The notes under the pieces were generated by a model. The model searched no databases and was not told where the DNA came from. It saw only the letters and a list, made by a program, of their open reading frames with translations. 64,000 nt of DNA from Flavobacteriales bacterium (GTDB lineage Bacteria; Bacteroidota; Bacteroidia; Flavobacteriales_D; Parvicellaceae): positions 45,435 through 109,434 of the forward strand of contig JAHDGY010000001.1 of assembly GCA_020631555.1 (NCBI GenBank), in the 5' to 3' direction. A program made the translations under genes and the position numbers. Of the stretch, positions 9,558-18,166 are shown one piece after another. Position 1 is the stretch's first letter. Each line of letters starts with the position of its first letter.

Positions 9558-11204
9558 CTAAAGCGTTTTAAAGTAGCTATCAAACGAAATGGAGGAGTCG
9601 AGACTCAATTTCTTACGAAGCCTGTAACGACCCTTCTCAACACTTCCAACAGTGATCTTTTGGATTTCTGAAATTTCTTTAGAAGACAAACCTATAAAAA
9701 GCAATGAACACAGTTTTCTTTCTTTTACCGTTAGATCAGGATGGCGCGCGTCCAGTTTATCGTAAAAATTCTGATTGATTTCCTCGGCCAATTTATTAAA
9801 CTCTTCCGCATCCGTATCAGATTCAATGTGCTCATCGATAGAACTAGACAAATTTTTAAGATCTTCCAGCACAAAACCATTGGATCTCAATTCATCTATG
9901 GTCGTTTTCAAAGATTGGATATATTCATTTTTCCGAACAATGTACATTCCAAAATTACTAAGCTCGGTATTCTTGAACTTTATCATATTTTCCAGTCGCT
10001 CTTGCTCAAGCTGATTACGTTTAATTTGATTCTCTACCCGCAATTTTTTAACTCTAAACCTAAAGGTTGCCACAAAACCAATCAAGATTATCAAGGCAAT
10101 GGCCGCTCCACCCATGGTTAAACGATACTTCAACAGTTCCGAATCCTTTTGTTCTTTAGCTTGGTCTGTTAAATCTTGCAATTGCACTTTGGCCTCTAAC
10201 TGAATAAGTTCATTTGCAATTTTAGAATTCACCAACTGAACCGAATCTTGACGTGAACGAATTGCCTCGACCAATCCATCTCGCTTGCGATAATATTCAG
10301 CCCCTTTTTCATACTGCCCTTGCTTTACGTAGAATTCAACCCAAACCAAGCACAATCGTGATTTTTTTCGTATGAGATCTCCAGCATCGCACAGAGTATC
10401 CGCCAATTGGAGCTCCTCCTCTGCATCGTCCAATTTTCCCTGAGCAATTAACAAAGAAGCGTTCAACGTATGCACATCGGCGCGAAATTCGATGCGGTGT
10501 CTGTTTTCCCGTGCCAAAAGCATTGCCTGCTCGATGTATAAACCGGCTTTCTCAAGTTTCTCTAACTTGAATTGAGTTTCTGCCGCTACAAGTAAGGCGT
10601 TTCCATAAACCACGCTTTCCAAATCATTAGCTGCAAGATCAATTGCACTGTCTGCAAGAATACTGGCCAAAGTGTTATTACCCATTTCCAACTGCAGAGC
10701 TGCTTGTTCAAGATAAATCCTGGCTAAAACCTTAGACCTATTTTTCGCAATAAGCCGGAAATTTAACCTAGCTTTTTTCAAAACTGCCACCGCCTTCACG
10801 AAATTCCCTTGATGCTTATAACAAAGACCTACTTCAATCATTAACTGAGCCACCGTTTCCGGCAGTCCTAACGAATCATAAAGTGCAGCCCCCTCCATAT
10901 AGTACTCACTCGCCCTGCCGTACTGTGCCATAGATTGATACACCTCCCCTAAACTCCAACAAGCTTTCGCTTCCAAACTTGGAATCCCCAATTTACTCGA
11001 TCGACTCCTAGCCATTAGCAATCCCTCAACACAATCAACATGACGTCCCTTCTTTAGCAGGACATTTGCTATTTGAATTTCGAGTTGCAAACTATCAAGG
11101 CGATCATCATAGTTGACCTCACTAGCGTTTAAAAAAGTGATCGATAACGAACACCATAACAACGCAAATGCAAACGCCCCTCGAAACTTTCTCAATTCGC
11201 TCAT
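9558..11204 (-). CDS. TPR-repeat, single-pass membrane regulator with a C-terminal LuxR-type HTH
   Basis: A signal-like N-terminus (MSELRKFRGAFAFALLWCSLSITFLNA) follows ATG 11204; the upstream ATG at 11240 adds 12 unlikely residues. TPR-like helical repeats come next, then one hydrophobic segment (GGAAIALIILIGFVATF). The C-terminal string LTVKERKLCSLLFIGLSSKEISEIQKITVGSVEKGRYRLRKKL is a GerE/LuxR helix-turn-helix. Confidence 0.75.
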   Translation of the reverse strand: MSELRKFRGAFAFALLWCSLSITFLNASEVNYDDRLDSLQLEIQIANVLLKKGRHVDCVEGLLMARSRSSKLGIPSLEAKACWSLGEVYQSMAQYGRASEYYMEGAALYDSLGLPETVAQLMIEVGLCYKHQGNFVKAVAVLKKARLNFRLIAKNRSKVLARIYLEQAALQLEMGNNTLASILADSAIDLAANDLESVVYGNALLVAAETQFKLEKLEKAGLYIEQAMLLARENRHRIEFRADVHTLNASLLIAQGKLDDAEEELQLADTLCDAGDLIRKKSRLCLVWVEFYVKQGQYEKGAEYYRKRDGLVEAIRSRQDSVQLVNSKIANELIQLEAKVQLQDLTDQAKEQKDSELLKYRLTMGGAAIALIILIGFVATFRFRVKKLRVENQIKRNQLEQERLENMIKFKNTELSNFGMYIVRKNEYIQSLKTTIDELRSNGFVLEDLKNLSSSIDEHIESDTDAEEFNKLAEEINQNFYDKLDARHPDLTVKERKLCSLLFIGLSSKEISEIQKITVGSVEKGRYRLRKKLSLDSSISFDSYFKTL

Positions 11205-11479
11205 ATACAATACAAAATTCAATATTACTTGAAATAACACATTAATAGGAGATTTAGCAAGCTATTGTCCGGGTGTATATTTATTAAACGGTCAAATTGT
11301 CTAGGTAAAGAGCTGGTTAGTCCAGCACCATGTCCAGTTCATTCGAATCTGAAAATTTCCAAATCGACCCCTCAGGGTCAAACATTATGCTTTGACAACA
11401 AATAAACAATCATGAATATGGTAAACAAGGACATGCAAAAGCTTAAAGCCACCAGAACCAGCTAACTCATTCCAAAAAG

Positions 11480-12103
11480 CTAAGTCCTCTGAAAAAAAGA
11501 CTTCTGTCTAAGAATCATTAAAATTACACCACATGTAATGGCTATATCTGCAATATTGAATATTGGAGGGAACACCTCATTACTACCAATAAATGGCATC
11601 CATTCAGGCCAATAAGCCTCGAACTTAATCATGTCAACAACTACTCCTTTCATAAAACCCGAATAACCTTGTCCGAATGACGAAAGATCAGCCACCCCTG
11701 AATAAAGCCGCCATTGCCCATCAGAAAACACCATTCCCTTATCAAACAGCACCCCATAAAAAGCACTATCGATGATATTACCAAGAGCTCCACAAAAGAT
11801 TAAAGACATAGCCACTAAATAACCTTTATGAGTGGATGTGTTTTTACATAGGCGAAACAAGTAAATCCCGATTGCAACCACAGCCACAACTCGAAAACAG
11901 GTTAACAGTAATTTGCCCGTTTCTCCGCCAAACTCCCAACCAAATGCCATACCCGGATTCTCAATAAATTGAATTTTAATTGGACCCCAATTAGCAATAG
12001 CCTGGCCATGATAGGAAATAGGATAGGATAATTTAATCCAAAATTTAGAAACTTGGTCCAGAACTAACACTGGCAGAATGACAAGCAATATATGTTTTAG
12101 CAC
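11480..12103 (-). CDS. lspA: lipoprotein signal peptidase II
   Basis: 207-aa multi-pass membrane ORF with ENPGMAFGW and FNIADIAI motifs. It lies downstream of ileS, as in many bacteria. Confidence 0.9.
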   Translation of the reverse strand: MLKHILLVILPVLVLDQVSKFWIKLSYPISYHGQAIANWGPIKIQFIENPGMAFGWEFGGETGKLLLTCFRVVAVVAIGIYLFRLCKNTSTHKGYLVAMSLIFCGALGNIIDSAFYGVLFDKGMVFSDGQWRLYSGVADLSSFGQGYSGFMKGVVVDMIKFEAYWPEWMPFIGSNEVFPPIFNIADIAITCGVILMILRQKSFFQRT

Positions 12104-12143
12104 AGTTTTAAGATATAAGCTAAAATCCTAGGTTGTTCCTTAG

Positions 12144-12524
12144 TTACTGAGCCTTCTTGGCTTCAATACTTAAGGTTGCATGAGGAACAAGACGTAATCT
12201 TTCCTTTCGAATTAATTTTCCTGTTACCCGGCAAATTCCGTAAGTTTTATTTTCTATCCGCACTAATGCGTTTTCCAAATTCTTAATGAACTTTTCTTGC
12301 CTTGCAGCCAACTGAGCTGTTTCTTCACGAGATAATGTTTCCGAACCATCTTCCATCATTTTGAAAGCAGCTCCAGTATCATCAGTTCCATTATCATCTG
12401 AATGTGAGAGCGATCCTTTTAGCAAATTAAGATCTTCATTTGCCTCAACCAATTTTGATTGTATAATTTCTTTGAACTCTTTAAGCTCGTCATCGCTATA
12501 TCTAGATTTTGCGTTTTCGGCCAT
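12144..12524 (-). CDS. DksA/TraR-family protein (Cys-poor variant)
   Basis: 126-aa ORF with an acidic coiled-coil N-terminal half. The C-terminal region TYGICRVTGKLIRKERLRLVPHATL aligns with the DksA/TraR finger region but contains a single Cys. Confidence 0.7.
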   Translation of the reverse strand: MAENAKSRYSDDELKEFKEIIQSKLVEANEDLNLLKGSLSHSDDNGTDDTGAAFKMMEDGSETLSREETAQLAARQEKFIKNLENALVRIENKTYGICRVTGKLIRKERLRLVPHATLSIEAKKAQ

Positions 12525-12548
12525 AATAATTGTGTATAATCCTTGCGC

Positions 12549-15500
12549 TCAACTCGACTTTGTCAACGCGATAACCGTGCGTATTTCTTCATTCAACTCA
12601 ACGGTCTCTCCTACTGCCACATTCACCAGCTCCAACGAGTTTGCCAATGTTTCGGCGCAAATATAGTTTAAATTCTCATTGATCGCATTGTCGATTAAAT
12701 TATGCGATTCAATTTTCAAATCGATGTGGTCCGTTACAGATAACCCTTGCTGTTTACGCATGTTCTGGATGCGATTCACAAACTCCCTAGCAATACCTTC
12801 ATCTTTAAGCTCTTGCGACAGACTCATATCTAAAGCAACGGTGATTGGTCCCTCAGAAGAAACTAACCATCCTGGAACATCTTCTGTGCTTATTTCAAAA
12901 TCCTCCAATTCCAAATTAATTTCGACGTCATTAACAACACCATTCCAACCTTTATTGCTCTCGACTTGAATAATTTCTTCCTGTCCCCATCCACTAGTAA
13001 GTGCAACAATAGCCTTCATATGCTTACCATACTTCTTCCCAATGGTCTTGAAATTAGGCTTGATCTTCTTGGTAAAGACCCCTGTAGTGTCTCTCAAAAT
13101 CTCAAGTTCTTTTATATTGACCTCAGCCAAAACCAAGTCCTTAACCGACTCTACATGTTGTGCAAATTTTTCGTCTAATGCAGGCACCATCAACTTTTGT
13201 AATGGTTGACGAACCTTTATTTGTTCTTTCTTACGTATACCTAATACCAACGAGCAGACCTTCTGCGCAATTTCCATACGTTGCTCTAAATCGATATCAA
13301 TTTGAGTTTGATTAACAGTAGGAAAGTTTGCCAAATGCACAGACTCAACTCCAGATTTGCCGCACAGATCTTTGTACAATTTATCCATATAAAATGGCGC
13401 TATTGGAGAAGCAATTATGGCAATATTCTTCAGGCACGTGTAGAGTGTATGGTATGCTGAAATTTTGTCCTGAGTAAATTCTCCTTTCCAAAATCTTCGT
13501 CTACAAAGCCTAACATACCAATTACTTAAGTGATCTATCACAAATTCTTGAATCAACCGACCCGCGCTAGTCGGTTCATAACTTCCGTAAAATCGCTCAA
13601 CTTCCTTAATAAGAGAGTTTAGTTTAGAAAGAATCCAACGGTCAATCTCCGGCTTAGCTTTGTCATTAAGCGCTACAGTATTAAAGTTAAACTTATCAAT
13701 GTTCGCATATAAACTAAAGAATCCGTACGTATTGAAGATTGTTCCGAAAAACTTTCTTTGTACTTCCACAATTCCTTCCTGATCAAATTTCAAATTGTCC
13801 CAAGGCTGAGCATTGGTGATCATGTACCATCTTGTTGCATCTGCACCATAGGTGTTTAACACCTCAAATGGATCCACACCATTCCCAAGACGCTTGGACA
13901 TTTTTAGTCCATTTTTGTCAAGTACTAAACCGTTTGACAAGACATTTTTGTATGCCACCGAATCGAAACACATTGTACCAATGGCGTGTAGCGTATAAAA
14001 CCAGCCTCGAGTTTGGTCAACTCCTTCTGCTATGAAGTCTGCTGGAAACTTCTTGTTCTGATCAATAAAATCTTTATTCTCGAATGGATAATGCCATTGA
14101 GCATAAGGCATAGCACCTGAATCAAACCAGACATCAATTAAGTCTGATTCGCGAAACATCGGTTTTCCGCTATCTGAAACCAAAACAATCTTATCAACGA
14201 AGTTTTTGTGTAAATCAAAGCTCTCATAATTTTGCTTTTGATTATTTCCAGAAACGTACGCTTCGAATGGGTTACCCTCGAGTAAGCCAGCCGCTATGGC
14301 CTTTTCACATTCCGCCTTCAACTGTTCGACAGATCCTATGCACAACTCCTCATCACCATCTTCAGTTCTCCAGATTGGCAAAGGAATACCCCAAAATCGC
14401 GATCGCGACAAATTCCAATCACTTGCATTTTCCAACCAATTTCCAAATCGACCTTCACCAGTTGATTTTGGTTTCCAATTAATTGTTTTGTTCAATTCAA
14501 CCATCCTGTTTTTAACCTCGGTAATTTTTACAAACCAAGAATCCAATGGATAGTATAAAACAGGTTTATCCGTTCTCCAACAATGAGGATAACTGTGCTC
14601 ATATTTTTCGACACGAAAAGCCTTGTTTTCTTCTTTTAGTTTAATGGCAATCTGAACGTCTACTGATTTATCAGGTCTTTCTCCTTCAGCATAATATTCG
14701 TTCTTTACAAACATTCCAGCAAACTCTCCCATTTCAGGTCGGAACTTTCCTTGCATGTCAACTAACGGTACGGGATTCCCAGCATCATCAATAATCAACA
14801 TTGGTGGCACCCCAGCATCCCGCGCAACAGCAGCATCATCCGCCCCAAACGTAGGTGCAATGTGGACAATTCCAGTACCGTCCTCCGTCGTAACAAAATC
14901 TCCAGAAATAACCTGAAACGCTGCATCAGCATCTTCAAATGGCTGCACAAACGGCAATAGCTGTTTATACCTTAACCCAACTAGATCAACACCTTTTAAA
15001 TTACCTAAAACTTTAAAAGGTAATTTGTTGGACCCAATTTTAAACTCTTCAAATGTTAGAGAAGCATTTTTTTCTGGAAAATGTTTGTTAAGCAATGCTT
15101 CTGCAACCACTACCGTAATTGGCTCTCCGGTATATTGATTAAATGTTCGAACAACAACATAATCGATTTTTTTCCCGACGCACAATGCCGTATTTGACGG
15201 TAATGTCCACGGAGTTGTAGTCCAAGCCAACAAATGTACTTTCTCAGTATCCCAAGAAACATCTGAAAAATGAGCTTTAAACTTTTCAATGCTTGAATCT
15301 TCCAGTTCAAATTGTGCAACAACAGTCGTATCCTTAACATCTTTGTAACACCCCGGCTGATTCAATTCATGCGAACTTAAACCTGTTCCTGCAGCCGGAG
15401 AATAGGGCTGTATCGTGTACCCTTTGTAAAGCAAATTATTGTCATAAGTTCTCTTCAACAGCCACCAAACGGATTCAATATACTTGTTCTCATAGGTAAC

Positions 15501-15947
15501 GTATGGATCATCCATATCCACCCAATAGCCAATCTGTTCCGTAAGCTCCGACCAAACGTCAGTATATCGCATTACAGTTTCTTTACAAGCTTTGTTGTAA
15601 TCCTCAACGTTTATCTTCTTTCCTATATCTTCCTTGGTGATTCCCAGCTCCTTTTCTACACTCAATTCTACCGGCAAACCGTGCGTATCCCATCCAGCTT
15701 TTCGATGTACTTGAAACCCTTTCAAGGTTTTGAAACGACAAAAAATATCCTTGATAGTCCTTCCCATCGCGTGATGAATTCCGGGCTTGCCATTAGCAGA
15801 TGGAGGCCCCTCAAAAAACACAAATGGATCGCAACCTTCTCGCTCGGCAATGCTCTTTTCAAAAATTTGATTGGCTTTCCATTCTTCCATAACGGTTTTT
15901 GCCACATGCGGCAAATCTAAATTCTTGTATTCTGGATACTGACTCAT
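12549..15947 (-). CDS. ileS: isoleucine--tRNA ligase (long, type 2 form)
   Basis: 1132-aa ORF with the class I signature PSANGKPGIHHAMGRT, the KMSKS motif as LKMSKRLGN, and an editing-domain-length insertion. Confidence 0.97.
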   Translation of the reverse strand: MSQYPEYKNLDLPHVAKTVMEEWKANQIFEKSIAEREGCDPFVFFEGPPSANGKPGIHHAMGRTIKDIFCRFKTLKGFQVHRKAGWDTHGLPVELSVEKELGITKEDIGKKINVEDYNKACKETVMRYTDVWSELTEQIGYWVDMDDPYVTYENKYIESVWWLLKRTYDNNLLYKGYTIQPYSPAAGTGLSSHELNQPGCYKDVKDTTVVAQFELEDSSIEKFKAHFSDVSWDTEKVHLLAWTTTPWTLPSNTALCVGKKIDYVVVRTFNQYTGEPITVVVAEALLNKHFPEKNASLTFEEFKIGSNKLPFKVLGNLKGVDLVGLRYKQLLPFVQPFEDADAAFQVISGDFVTTEDGTGIVHIAPTFGADDAAVARDAGVPPMLIIDDAGNPVPLVDMQGKFRPEMGEFAGMFVKNEYYAEGERPDKSVDVQIAIKLKEENKAFRVEKYEHSYPHCWRTDKPVLYYPLDSWFVKITEVKNRMVELNKTINWKPKSTGEGRFGNWLENASDWNLSRSRFWGIPLPIWRTEDGDEELCIGSVEQLKAECEKAIAAGLLEGNPFEAYVSGNNQKQNYESFDLHKNFVDKIVLVSDSGKPMFRESDLIDVWFDSGAMPYAQWHYPFENKDFIDQNKKFPADFIAEGVDQTRGWFYTLHAIGTMCFDSVAYKNVLSNGLVLDKNGLKMSKRLGNGVDPFEVLNTYGADATRWYMITNAQPWDNLKFDQEGIVEVQRKFFGTIFNTYGFFSLYANIDKFNFNTVALNDKAKPEIDRWILSKLNSLIKEVERFYGSYEPTSAGRLIQEFVIDHLSNWYVRLCRRRFWKGEFTQDKISAYHTLYTCLKNIAIIASPIAPFYMDKLYKDLCGKSGVESVHLANFPTVNQTQIDIDLEQRMEIAQKVCSLVLGIRKKEQIKVRQPLQKLMVPALDEKFAQHVESVKDLVLAEVNIKELEILRDTTGVFTKKIKPNFKTIGKKYGKHMKAIVALTSGWGQEEIIQVESNKGWNGVVNDVEINLELEDFEISTEDVPGWLVSSEGPITVALDMSLSQELKDEGIAREFVNRIQNMRKQQGLSVTDHIDLKIESHNLIDNAINENLNYICAETLANSLELVNVAVGETVELNEEIRTVIALTKSS

Positions 15948-16114
15948 CGTATTTTTAATGGTTTGCGAATTTAACCCAAATTTCCCTTATAACTCATTCG
16001 CAGACTAACTTCTAAAACTCTTGAATGTTTCCTATTGGCGTAAGCCCTGTTTCTCGAATCCGTTGATCCAACATTCTTTTCTTTGAAGTCCTTTCGCAAC
16101 CAGCCCATATTGGT

Positions 16115-16122
16115 TAATTTTG
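16115..16122 (+). promoter_or_regulatory. Candidate Bacteroidota -7 promoter box for purQ
   Basis: TAATTTTG is an exact match to TAnnTTTG, 22 nt before ATG 16144. It lies inside the longer TTG-started ORF, which argues for the ATG 16144 start. Confidence 0.35.
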
Positions 16123-16143
16123 CCGGCGCATAAACGTTCTATT

Positions 16144-16830
16144 ATGAAATTTGGTGTTATTACATTTCCGGGGTCTAACTGTGACCAAGACATGATTTAC
16201 GTACTTCAGACTATTCTTAAACAAGAAACAGTTAATTTGTGGCACAAAGACAGTGACCTTCAAGGTGTAGATTGTGTTGTTCTGCCCGGAGGGTTTTCCT
16301 ACGGAGATTATCTCAGATCAGGGGCAATTGCACAATATTCACCAATTATGAAAAGTGTACAAGAGCATGCTGCTAATGGCGGATATGTTATTGGAATATG
16401 TAACGGATTTCAAATTCTAACGGAATCCGGACTTTTGCCGGGAGCGCTTTTGCACAACAACAGCCAAAAGTTCATTTGCAAGAATATTTTCTTAAGGCCA
16501 GTTTCATCATCCGCAGCGATTACAAGAGAATTGGACGAAGAACAAGTTTATAAAATTCCAATCGCGCATGCAGAAGGAAGGTACTACGCGGATCAAAAAA
16601 CTCTGAAAGAATTGGTGAGCAATGACCAGATTTTGTTTCGCTATTGCAATAAGGAAGGAGAACTCAACGCCAATCCGAATGGTTCTTTGGACAATATCGC
16701 GGGTGTTTGTAACGCGCGTAAGAATGTTTTTGGAATGATGCCTCATCCCGAGCGGGCGGCTGACGAGAACTTGGCCAATACAGACGGTGTTAAATTGTTT
16801 GAATCACTCATTGCAAACATGAACAACTAA
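16144..16830 (+). CDS. purQ: phosphoribosylformylglycinamidine synthase, glutaminase subunit
   Basis: It starts MKFGVITFPGSNCD, has the class I glutamine amidotransferase nucleophile elbow GICNGFQ, and has C-terminal MMPHPERA. Confidence 0.9.
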   Translation: MKFGVITFPGSNCDQDMIYVLQTILKQETVNLWHKDSDLQGVDCVVLPGGFSYGDYLRSGAIAQYSPIMKSVQEHAANGGYVIGICNGFQILTESGLLPGALLHNNSQKFICKNIFLRPVSSSAAITRELDEEQVYKIPIAHAEGRYYADQKTLKELVSNDQILFRYCNKEGELNANPNGSLDNIAGVCNARKNVFGMMPHPERAADENLANTDGVKLFESLIANMNN

Positions 16831-16890
16831 ACCGATTGTTTTCAGATTATTACTGTAAATTCGGAAGTCTAGCAGTAATTCACGTATCCC

Positions 16891-17121
16891 TAGGTAGTGT
16901 CGTCATAAGATATTTACCCAAATGCTGATACACCTTATTTGAACAGCAGCCAAAAATGAGGTTGTATTTTTTGCATACTTAGTCGCTATTCCTCCCCAAC
17001 TACCTTTTCGGCCAAGCAAATGAGGTTCGAGAAGACTCCATGTTCTATCGGAAATATCGTGTAGATGTTGAGAAGACAATTTTCTTCGAAAGGGAATATA
17101 TTTTCGTGACGACACCATCTA
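16891..17121 (-). mobile_element. Miniature (about 230 bp) internally deleted IS5-family element
   Basis: Terminal inverted repeats are TAGGTAGTGTCGTCATAAGATATTT (left) and, reverse-complemented, TAGATGGTGTCGTCACGAAAATATATT (right). The 71-codon minus-strand ORF fuses an IS5-type transposase N-terminus (LHDISDRTWSLLEPHLLGRKGSWGG) directly to the family's C-terminal tail (IATKYAKNTTSFLAAVQIRCISIWVNIL). Confidence 0.7.
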
Positions 17122-17471
17122 AGCACCAAAGTGGCGGCCGCAGCCACCATCAAAATCTTTTTCCTGATCATCAAAATTCTTTAACCCTTTCGGGTTGGGC
17201 AAATAAAATTCCGCTTGCAAAGATCTATGTCAATCATATAAACCAATCCAAACGTATTTATTCCCGTACCGTTGTACGCGGAACAAATCAACAAATAAGC
17301 TATTATTACGTTTAAGATTTCGGATAAATGCGTCTGAACCAAGTTCAGATTATTTGGCTGCAAAAGTAGTCTACTGGGCGACTTATAAAACAACTCTCGA
17401 TAAAATTTCAGGATATTTTAACGAATCAATCCTCCCACTCGATAATTGATAATCCTTCCTTACATTTGACT

Positions 17472-18161
17472 ATGATCAGAATTCTACTAGCTGAAGATGA
17501 AACCCACCTTCAGGAAGCTATAACGCTTAATCTGGAGATCGAAGGGTACGAGGTAGTGGCCGTTTCTAGTGGAAATGAAGCGCTAAAATGCTTTGAATCT
17601 GAACGCTTCGATTTAGTCATTCTAGACGTTATGCTACCGGAAGTGGATGGCTTCACAATCTGTCAGAGTATTCGATTACAAAATCAGGATATCCCAATCT
17701 TATTTCTAACGGCAAAAAATGCCAGTGTTGATCGTATTCACGGACTAAAACTTGGCGCAGACGACTACCTTACCAAACCATTTAATCTCGAAGAACTCCT
17801 GCTTAGAATTAAAAATTTACTTCGCAGAATTGAGACAATTGAAGAAAAAGTCGAAAATGACAAATACAGTTTCGGTGACAACTGGGTGCATTTTAGAAAC
17901 TTCGAAATTAAGGGAGTAGACGGAACCACACGTCAACTTTCCCAAAAGGAAATTAAACTCTTAAAATTTCTAATCGATCGGTCTAATCAGGTTGTTTCTC
18001 GACAAGACATCTTGGAAACCGTATGGGGCTACGACGTTTATCCATCGACAAGAACGATTGACAATTACATTCTTGCTTTTCGAAAGTACTTTGAACATGA
18101 GCCGAAAAAAAGCAGGTATTTTCATTCTGTAAGAGGAGTTGGCTACAAATTCACTCCCTAA
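17472..18161 (+). CDS. OmpR/PhoB-family response regulator with no adjacent histidine kinase
   Basis: The receiver domain shows IRILLAEDE, DLVILDVMLPEVDG and LTAK. The winged-helix output domain shows LSQKEIKLLKFLI...RTIDNYI...VRGVGYKF. ATG 17472 is preferred over TTG 17466. Confidence 0.9.
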   Translation: MIRILLAEDETHLQEAITLNLEIEGYEVVAVSSGNEALKCFESERFDLVILDVMLPEVDGFTICQSIRLQNQDIPILFLTAKNASVDRIHGLKLGADDYLTKPFNLEELLLRIKNLLRRIETIEEKVENDKYSFGDNWVHFRNFEIKGVDGTTRQLSQKEIKLLKFLIDRSNQVVSRQDILETVWGYDVYPSTRTIDNYILAFRKYFEHEPKKSRYFHSVRGVGYKFTP

Positions 18162-18166
18162 CCGGA

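Noticed and set aside
16986-17174. ORF starting MMIRKKILMVAAAATLVL that looks like a signal peptide.
   Set aside because: After 19 codons it runs into the IS5-like miniature element. With the element removed, the frame would stop within a few codons, so no real gene can be supported. At most it is a remnant.
17333-17349. Perfect 7-bp palindrome TCTGAAC-CAA-GTTCAGA upstream of the OmpR-type regulator gene.
   Set aside because: It is an isolated short hairpin with a 3-nt loop. No second copy and no T-run are present, so I cannot distinguish an operator from chance.
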